Below, one piece after another: positions 28,515 through 51,520 of a stretch of DNA of 64,000 bases (positions are counted from its first letter, which is position 1; the number at the start of each line of letters is the position of its first letter). Both the position numbers and the translations under genes were made by a program. Source of the DNA: Zygnema circumcarinatum SAG 698-1b (lineage: Eukaryota > Plantae > Zygnematophyceae); NCBI GenBank assembly GCA_037447605.1, contig CM074813.1, forward strand, positions 930,001 to 994,000, written 5' to 3'. The notes below the pieces were generated by a model. The model saw only the letters and a list, made by a program, of their open reading frames with translations, did no database searches and was not told the origin of the DNA.

Positions 28515-30020
28515 GACTTGCATCCAACGGCTCAGGCGAGTCTTAATCTAACGGCCCAGAGGACCTGCATCCAACGGCTCAGGCGAGTCTTAATCTAACG
28601 GCTCAGAGAACCTGCATCCAACGGCTCAGGCGACTCTTAATCTAGCGGCCCAGAAGATCTGAATTCAACGGCTCAGGCGAGTCTTAATCTAACAGCCCAG
28701 AGGGCCTGCATCCAACGGTTGAGGCGAGTCTTAATCTAACGGCCCAGAGGACCTGCAGCTAACGGCTCAGGGGAGTCTTCATCTAACGGCCCAGAGGACC
28801 TGCATCCAACGGCTCAAACGAGTTTTAATCTAACGGCCCAGAGGGCCTGCATCCAACGGCTCAGGCGAGTCATAATCTCACGGCCCAGAGGACATGCATC
28901 CAACGGCTCAGGCGAGTCTTAATCTAACGGCCCAGAGGATCTGCATCCAACGGCTCAGGCGAGGCTTTATCTAACGGCCCAGAGGATCTGAATCCAACGG
29001 CTCAGGCGAGTCATAATCTAACGGCTCAGAGGAATTTCATCTAACGGCTCAGGTGAGTCTGAATCTAACGGCCCAGAAGACCTGCATCCAACGGCTCAGG
29101 CGAGTCTTAATCTAACGGCTCAGAGGAATTGCATCCAACGGCTCAGGCGAGTCTTCATCTAACGGCCCAGAGGACCTACATCCAACGGCCTAGGCGAGTC
29201 TCAATCTAACAGCCCAGAGGACCTGCATCCAACAGCTCAGGCGAGTCGTAATCTAACGGCCCGGAGCAGCTGCATCCAACGGCTCAGGCAAGTCTTCATC
29301 TAACGGCCCAGAGGGCATGCATCCAACGGTTAAGGCGAGTCTTAATCTAACGGCCCGGAGGAGCTGCATCGAACGGCTCAGACGAGTCTTAATCTAACGG
29401 CCCAGAGGACCTGCATCCAACGGCTCAAACGAGTTGTAATCTAACGGCCCAGAGGGCCTGCATCCAACGGCTCAGGCGAGTCATAATCTCACGGCCCAGA
29501 GGACATGCATCCAACGGCTCAGGCATCCCAGAGGAACGGCTCAGGCGAGTCTTAATCTAACGGCCCAGAGGACCTGCATCCAACGGCTCAGGCGAGTCTT
29601 CATCTAACGGCCCAGAGGACCTGCATCCAACGGCTCAGGCGAGTCTTAATCTAACGGCTCAGAGGAATTGCATCCAACGGCTCAGGCAAGTATTCATCTA
29701 ACGGCCCAGAGGACCTACATCCAACGGCTTAGGCGAGTCTCAATCTAACAGCCCAGAGGACCTGCATCCAACAGCTCAGGCGAGTCTTAATCTAACGGCC
29801 CAGAGGATCTGCATCCAACGGCTCAGGCGAGTCGTTATCTAACGGCCCAGAGGACCTGTATCCAACGGCTTACAGGGTGTGTCCAACAGCCAGCCAGGCT
29901 TTTCATGCAATGGCCTAGTTGATCAATTGTTTTCCAAAAGCTACCTAGGCAAGCATCAAAGGGCTAACCGTTCAACGGCTAACTGGCCCTGCATCCAACG
30001 GCTAACCGTCTAACGGCTAA
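28515..30020 (+). repeat. 47-bp tandem minisatellite (~29 units plus degenerate tail), two YCYAACGG cores per unit
   Basis: Consensus CATCCAACGGCTCAGGCGAGTCTTAATCTAACGGCCCAGAGGACCTG. Unit starts at 28521, 28568 and 28615 give a 47-bp period. Variant units recur 611 bp (13 units) apart. Confidence 0.97.
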
Positions 30021-30069
30021 GCCGTGGCCGAAACTTTTCTGCGCCCCTTTTCGTTTTTTCGAACCGATC

Positions 30070-30302
30070 GGGCGGCCAAGTTTGTCGTTTGGGTCAAGCA
30101 TGGAAATATCGCAATATCGCCATATCTCCGTATCGGATTCGACTGATAGCCTGATAGGAGTAGGACATGCCGGTGTCGGCGCCGTCCTGCGCTGGCCCTG
30201 CCGCGAGGCGAGTGCGCGCCGGCCAGACCTGCCGGCCGCTGGCGATACGCCGACGATGTGACGATATTTTCACACTTGTCCCAAACGACAAACTGGCCGC
30301 CC
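30070..30302. mobile_element. Foldback/MITE-like element with ~50-bp imperfect terminal inverted repeats
   Basis: GGGCGGCCAAGTTTGTCGTTTGGGTCAAG (30070-30098) is the near-perfect reverse complement of CTTGTCCCAAACGACAAACTGGCCGCCC (30275-30302). Similarity continues inward. No TSD recognised. Confidence 0.6.
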
Positions 30303-31027
30303 TGGCGCAAGGGAAGGGGAACGAGGGTTTGAGCGCCCCGCTGGCGCGGATCTGCCACGTGACGTTTGCGAACACAGCCCAAGTCTGAGCCCGCCAATCA
30401 GCAGGGCCTGAACTGAATCTGATTTGGCGGATGATGACGTGGCACTGACGGTCAATCCCCTTAAAACAATCTCAAACTGTCCCGTAAATAAGCTATTTAC
30501 GAAATATAGGGGTTTTCCCGTATTTGAAGAGGCCTGCACTTGGAGCATCTTGTTGGGCAGCACACGGGCGTGAAGATTGACTCAAAGTTTGATACGATTT
30601 CACCCCCACATCACGCACCCTTTGTCTGCCCTTCAATCATGTTCGACACAGCACACATTGCAACAATGGACGATTCTTCATATTTCATTATCGTTACAAA
30701 TACAGAAAAAAAAACACTAGAAAATAATTCACAAATCCGGCTGAGACTGCCGGACCCCTTTCCCTTATGGCTTTCACACAGTCTCTCCCATTCATCCTTT
30801 CCTCTAATCAGCTCGACTCTGCGACAACGGTGCGGTTCCATACTGAATCTCTGCTCAAACCTGTAAACCAATATCCCAATAACGTCATTTTATGTGATAC
30901 CTGCGGACCAGTTTGCGAATGTGTCACATTGATTTTTTGAAAAAGCTCTCAGAGCATAAAGCCCTAACCCCTGCCGCCTTAAGCTAAACCCTGAACCCTG
31001 AACCTGCTCCCCCGCCCCTCCCCGCCC

Positions 31028-32368
31028 TCAGCTGGAGCAGCACCCCCCGCCGGCCTTCGCTCCGGCGCCCTCCTCTTGAGAGTCGCGCGGAACGTGTACG
31101 CGCGTGCCCTTGGAAAGGTTCAAAGGACGGTCGTCCTCTGCAGGGGGGGGGAGGGGAGGGGAGGGGCTCAGGATTGGCAGAGGTAGAGAGATAGTGGAGG
31201 GAGGGAGGGAGGGAGGGAGGGAGGGAGGGAGGGAGCAAACTACCGCCACATAGTCCTTTAGTTTGTGTGCAAAAACCAGAAGATAACTCTACCCACTTTC
31301 CCTTACACCTAAAAAATCTTAAGGATCCTTAGAAACCTGAAGTATCGTGTTATTCCCTAAACTCCTAAGATTTTGAAAGTTCAACGATTAGACAACCACT
31401 ATAAACTGCAAAGTCGCTAACCTCGGCAACCCTAAATCAAAGGCACCATCTAATTCTAAAGTCCCAATCCCCTCCAAAACCCAATTCCCCCTTATATCCC
31501 TTTAAATCCATTAAGCCGTTCGACCCTTAAACCCCATAACCATGAAGTACAACATCCTCTAATAGTCCAAACCCCTTGAAATCCGGAAACCTCTCAACCT
31601 GCCCCCCTTCCCCCCCACCCACCTCGTTCCCAAACCCTCCCAAAACCCTCAACCCTGCACCCTGAACCCCTTTCTAAGACCGTACCTTTGGTGGAGATCC
31701 GGCGGCTGACATTGCTGTAGATTTCCATGATGACGTGCTCGAAGGCGGCGTCCACATTCGATGCATCCAGCGCGGAGGTTTCCATGAAGAACATGCCCTC
31801 CCGCTCCGCCAGCTCCGCGCCCTTCTCCTTCGGCACAGCTCGCAGGTGCACCAAATCCGCCTTGTTGCCCACCAGCATCACTACCAGGTTGCTGTCACCC
31901 TGACCTGCATTTCCATGCGCTTCGTTCCGTTCAAGCTCCGACACGCTTCCGTTACCGTTCCATTCTCATTCAGGATTACACCTTAGAAATGGGCCACTCA
32001 CATCTGATCTCCCGCAGCCATTGCTGAATGTTGTCGAAGGTGGCTCTCCTGCTGATGTCGTACACGAGCAGCGCGCCCAAGGCCCCGCGGTAGTACACAC
32101 TCGTCACGGCGCGGTACCGCTCCTGCCCGGACGTGTCCCAAATTTGGGCCTTCACTTCCTTGCCGTCGATTTCAACGGACTTGGAACGGAACTCGACGCC
32201 GATGGTGGCCTTTGAGTCCGAATGGAACTCGTTGTGCGCGAACCGCGAGGCGAGGTTGGTTTTGCCCACACCCGAGTCGCCTATGAGCACCATCTTGAAG
32301 AGGTGGCTGTCGGCCGACTGCTCGTCAGAGGCCAAGCGGTACTCGCTGCCGTAGGCGGGCGGCGGCAT
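31028..32368 (-). CDS. RABA: RabA (Rab11-family) small GTPase, RabA5-like; 3 exons
   Basis: Exons 32368-32002, 31904-31686, 31137-31028. Motifs [41 protein letters not shown]; C-terminal CCSS prenylation site. Confidence 0.95.
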
Positions 32369-33501
32369 GGCGCAGAGTTCAGGGTTTTAGGGTTAGAGCT
32401 AGGGTTAGGTTTAGGGTTAGCGTGAGAGTCAGGGTGAGGGTTGGGGTGAGGGTGGATATTAGGGGTAGAATTAGGTTTAATGTCAGGGTTAAAGGATTAA
32501 GGTTGTGTTTAGGTTGATTTTATGTTTAGGTGAAACTCAGATTAACGTTCAGGTTAATATTAGGATGGTGTTTCGGGCTAAGAGGTAGGAATAGGGTTAA
32601 AGTGACAGGGTTCAGGATCAAGGGTCTGAAATCACAACAGAGTTTTTTTCGTTTGAAGGATTGTGGGGGTTCGCGGTTTGTTGCAGGGGTTGGGACTGAG
32701 CGCTATCGTTCAAAAGGAACAAGCTTCAGGATTAAGCGGTTAAGCGGGCAGGCTCTTAGGGGAAGGGGAAGGTTGGGTTTAGGGTTTAAAGTTTAGGTTT
32801 GAGGGAGGGGGAGCGAAAGAGGAGGGAAGTTGGAGGAAATGGGGGCACGATACAGAGTGGAGGGGAAAATGTGAGGGGGAGAGATGAGCGAGGGAGAGGG
32901 AGAGTGGCAGAGAGAGAGAGATGGGGAGGTATAACAAACGGAAGGGAGGGAAGGACAAGGAAAAATAAAAAATGGACAGACAGTGAGAGAAGAGTGGAGA
33001 GAGAAGAGAGAGTGGGGGGAGTAAAAAAGTGAGAGATAGCTATCAAGTGGAGGGAGAGAGTGAAAGAGAGAGACAGAGAAAGAGAGAAATGCAGAGGAAT
33101 AGAGATAGATAGAGAGAGAGAGAGAGGGAGAGGGAGAGTGTGAGAGAGAAAGCGAGAGAGAGAGAGAGGAGAGGGAGGGAGCAGGTTTGAAAGGGAAGGT
33201 AAGGAGGTGGGTGCTGAGGAAGCCGGCAGGGGAATATGGGAGGGAGGGCCGTACGATACCTGTACAGTACAGTACTGTACAGTACTGTACCGTATGAAAA
33301 AGTACATTTTTGTACGGTACTAGTGGACAAAAGACACCCTGCCGTACTACCGTAATGTACCTTTACAGCTTATCTTACCGTACGGTCAACTGCCGTACCA
33401 GCCGTCATAAATATATTTTACGATTTTGATAATCAATAGTTTTAGGGCAGCCCGTCGGATTCTCGCTCCTGATTTTAGGAGTCTCGTCTTCCGTCTGGGA
33501 T

Positions 33502-33877
33502 CAGGGATGGATTAGTTACGATTATATATTATATATTATATTATACAACTGTGACGAATAGATAACGGCTGATATATATTAATTTACAACGCCTTTACAT
33601 CATGTACGGTCGTACGACTGTACGGTATTATGCGGCCGAGCACGAGCAGAAAGAGAAAACCAGACGAACACATTTCGCAACGCCAACGCCAAAACGACCT
33701 AATTTTGGTATGATACGACCGTACGACCGTACTCGTACGGTCGTACGGTTATTAATTGTTCAAAACGAGTGGGTATAATATATGTAATAAAGTGTTTTAC
33801 TTTGTAATATATTACTAATTTTAAACCCGTTGTAAATTATATAATATATTCGGAATTTATAACGCGGGCCATCCCTA
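33502..33877. mobile_element. Non-autonomous hAT (Ac/Ds-type) MITE, 376 bp
   Basis: Left TIR CAGGGATGG (33502) and right TIR CCATCCCTA (ends 33877) resemble the Ac TIR C/TAGGGATGAAA. Perfect 8-bp TSD TCTGGGAT at 33494-33501 and 33878-33885. AT-rich interior with an inner inverted pair AATTTACAACG/CGTTGTAAATT. Confidence 0.9.
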
Positions 33878-34607
33878 TCTGGGATGCAAAACTTGTCTCT
33901 GCCCGATTCATTGGGCAGAGACTTTTTACCTGATTAAAAACAAAGTACGATTGAAGTCAATGTCCGTACGAAAGCGCACGGTCGGCGAACAACGCTTTTG
34001 GCCGTCGTTCCGCCGCCCGCCGGAAGGAAACGTTCCTGCTTCTCTGGGACTGACTGACTAGTCAATATAGTCATGTATGACTAAAACTGCCCACAGTCTT
34101 CTCCGTTGATTTGGTCATTCAGATTCTGGCCAATGAAAATAGATCACGTGGCAGGGAAAACGAGCCTAAAATAATCATGCTTTCGAGATTTCTGCCATTT
34201 TCGGAATCTAAAAATATTTGTGAATATGAAATGACGTGGCTATGTTTCATTGGCCGAGCCAACTTCGGGAAAAGTTAAATCGCGCAAACTGAGGCTTTCA
34301 ACTGAAACCGAAAAACCGGAAACTGAGGCTGGCGTCAGGCTGTCTGACGGTGACGTCACCTAGCGTCAGGTGACGAACGCTACCGTATAGTACGACTGCC
34401 CCCTCTCCCTCCATTTTATAGCGGCCAGTTCCTCGTGGTTCCCCAGATTTTGTCCATGTACATTTGATGGCATCATCGCCTTCGTGAGGTCAATGCCACT
34501 TCCTCGTCCTTTTATAGCCCAAAAGAGCCCAAAAGTGGGTCTTGGGCCTCGCCTCCCTCCCTCCCTCCGTCCCTCCCTCCCTCCCTCCCTCCCTGTCCCG
34601 GCCGGCC

Positions 34608-37448
<2,841 letters not shown>

Positions 37449-37824
37449 AGAGGAAGATGTAGACAATGTTATTTATTCAAAAATTTGTTTTGCTTTTTTT
37501 TTCATTTTTTTTTTTTAATTAAGGAAACATAGAGCAAATTTCGATGAAGGTTTGTCTGCAGGACTCCAAGCAAATCTATGGCCGATTTTTTGGATGACGG
37601 AATTAGAATTAGGGTTTAGGGAATACACGTGACGAGATCACTGTTCACTACTTGTGTTTTTCCTCTTCTCTGCGTTCCACACTGCGTGTATGTGAATGTG
37701 CCGAATATCGTACTGAATATCTGTGTTAAATATCGTATCATACGATACCATACCGTGAGGTCACGATCGACGCGATATTATCTCGATATATCTTGTAAAA
37801 CAAAGCTGTTTTGGGCCTGTTGGC

Positions 37825-38200
37825 TATGGGCCGTACGTCCGTACCATACTGAAATCAAGGCCGTACATTTTTGTACCTATTGTACGGAATTTATCCGTTT
37901 GGTGAGCGGGAAGCGTTTCGTTATGCGCGCGCTGCACAGCGCGAAATGGCGTGGGAGGGGGGTTCAGAGCCGACCTCAGACGCAGAATTAGGGTTCAGGG
38001 CCGGTCTCCGACGCAGAATTAGGGTTCAGGGCCACTACGTAATGCCGGCCATGCTTTGGGGTTAGTTGGAAACAGGGTTCAGACAGAGGAGCAGCGGAGG
38101 GCACCCTAAGGGTTAGGGTTTAGAAACAAGTACCGGTATGAAATTGCAATCTAGGGCTCTGCATTGGCTCAGAATTAGGGTTTAGGGTTTCGCTTTTCCT
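37825..38200 (+). promoter_or_regulatory. FtsHi1 promoter with site II (TGGGCC), CCGTAC motifs and several telo-boxes (TTAGGGTT)
   Basis: TGGGCCGTACG near 37827. TTAGGGTT copies near 37988, 38019, 38113 and 38176, all upstream of ATG 38212. Confidence 0.5.
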
Positions 38201-38211
38201 TCCTGCGTCCC

Positions 38212-49162
<10,951 letters not shown>

Positions 49163-49895
49163 CCGTCAATTCATTCAATCGTAAATTTTGTTCGTTGATG
49201 GGTGATGTTTTTTCGATCTAAATTGAAGGTTTAGCTTTAGTCTCACCCCTCCAAGGTTAGTTCCCAGGTATTAATAAAATAGAAAACGAAGCAATGGCCA
49301 TTTCCATGGCAGTTTGCGCCAACGACAGTTCACAGAACTGTGCAACACGCTCCAGGCGGTCGCAACTGACAGGGAACGTCTGGCCGCGCTGTGCACGACA
49401 GCGGAACTGAATGGCGGAGGGACCATGGGATCGGCAACCGTTGGTCAACCATTGGATGGCAATGGTTGGACGATCCAACGGTTCGCAAATATTGCAATGG
49501 TTGGCAACTCTCGCCATCCAATGGTTACGACCATAGGCAATGGTTGTTTCGGTTCGACGGCAATGGTTGATCCAATGGTCCGACCTGTGCAGAACTGTCC
49601 TTGTAACATGTAACGCTGTTCCATGTAAAAAATGCAAAGGGACACATCCCTGTGAAACGCAAGCCGTAGATCACCGCCATGTTCTTTTTTTTCAAGGGTT
49701 ACAATCCTCACACCACCTTCCCCCCGCACGGCCTCGCCCTCAGCTGCGCCTACGCACCAACAAATGATAAACATGAAGACAAAGAGGCATTGCGCCACAA
49801 CAATTGCTGCCCGCTGTTTCCAGGTACAGAGCGCAAATAAGCGCCTGTACGGATGGAGCTCCGCAACTCGCCACGTCACGTCACGTCACGTCACG

Positions 49896-51448
49896 TCAGC
49901 TCCCCGGTCCCCCGAAGAGGTCCCTCATGTCGAGCACGTCCGCGAGGACGCCCGCCGCGGTGGGGCCTTGCCCCGCGCCGGCGCCCTGCAGGACCAGCGG
50001 GGAGGTGGAGTAGCACGCGCTGCTGATCTCGACCTGCGCCCGCCGCCGCCGCGGGGTTATGGCGCAAGGGCTTCTTCGGGTATGTGCTGCGGGGTTTAAG
50101 GATGTCGCGATGTAAGATCGTACTCGGGACAATTTTAGGGTTAGGGTTTTCTCACTCACCACGTTGTCGCACCCTTGAAGTCGTCCTAACGCTGAGTCAG
50201 CGGAGACTGCCACGAGGCCGACTCGACACCTGGCAAAAGCATCCCGTTCGCAGAAAGCACCTTAAGATCAGGGATAAAGAAGTTATTTTCCTTCCTGCCC
50301 TGAATCTGTCAAAGTGAAAGTTTCAAGAAATTCAACGATACCTGAACCCTAAAAACCTGAAACATTCAATAAAAAGAAATGCATAAAAAGGAAACAAAAA
50401 CAACATAAGCGCTAGCCCTACCTCCCTTCCTCCAGCACCGCCGCGTATCGAAGCACCTTCCCTTCCGTTGCAGCCGACTGAACTCGACTGCGCATGGAAT
50501 CGTCCAACTGAGGGAGAGCCTCATGTAAAAACTCAGTCACATTCATCCGGTCGGGCCCCATAGACACCGGAAAAAGGCTTTCCACCTGTCAAAATTAACG
50601 GAATCAGTTCTGCAGTTTTACGGATACGGAATTGCAGACGACAGAGACAGCACACAGCCTAAACATTAGAGCAGCCCGTTGTGGGCACATTGCAGACGGA
50701 ATGATGGGAGGGAACGGAGGGGCTTACGAGAGGGAAGGTTTTCAAAACTCTTTTTTTGCTTATAAACTCTCTCTAAATATTACGATTCTGAGAGTTAGAA
50801 GTTTTAGAGGTTCAGGGTTTGCCGGCTTTCAATATGCATCAGGCTTCCCGGGCCCGAACGCGAACCGTCTAAAATTCCTTAATTTTAACGGATGATGTTC
50901 AAGTATTGCGAGTTTGTTACTTCAGCAAGGTTGAAGCTTTTGGGTCTATAGACTAGCAGAGTTGAAGCTGAGAGCGGACCTCTACATCGGCCATGTTCAA
51001 ACGCCATCCGATGGTACGAGCCAATATAAGAGCCTGCATTCCAGCTCAACAACTGATAAAAAATAATGAAAACTAGAAGAAATGGGATTACACAGTCTGA
51101 TTTATAACTGCAAGCCGTACAAAAACCGTACTTCTCCTACAACGACAAATTGCCCGAAATTTTCTGAAAATCCGAATCCTGGTAAAATATCTGAAAGCTA
51201 CAAACATCGAAGAACCCAAACAACTCATAACCTAAACCTCGAAATGTGAATATTTATGAACCCCAATTTAGTAAGGCAGAAGAAAGAAGGAAATGGCGAT
51301 CCAATCGCATGCTGCCACCTGGCAGTGGCGAGGCTTTACCTTGCGAGCCACATCCACGCCGCTCAAATCGTCGCGTGGATCTGCACAATGGCAGAGAGAG
51401 TTGAACCAGAGAGAGGGGGAAAGAGGGGTAGGGAAGGGGAGAGAGAGT

Positions 51449-51520
<72 letters not shown>

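Noticed and set aside
28515-30020. CRISPR array
   Set aside because: Units are near-identical along their full length with no unique spacers, there are no cas genes, and the context is eukaryotic with introns.
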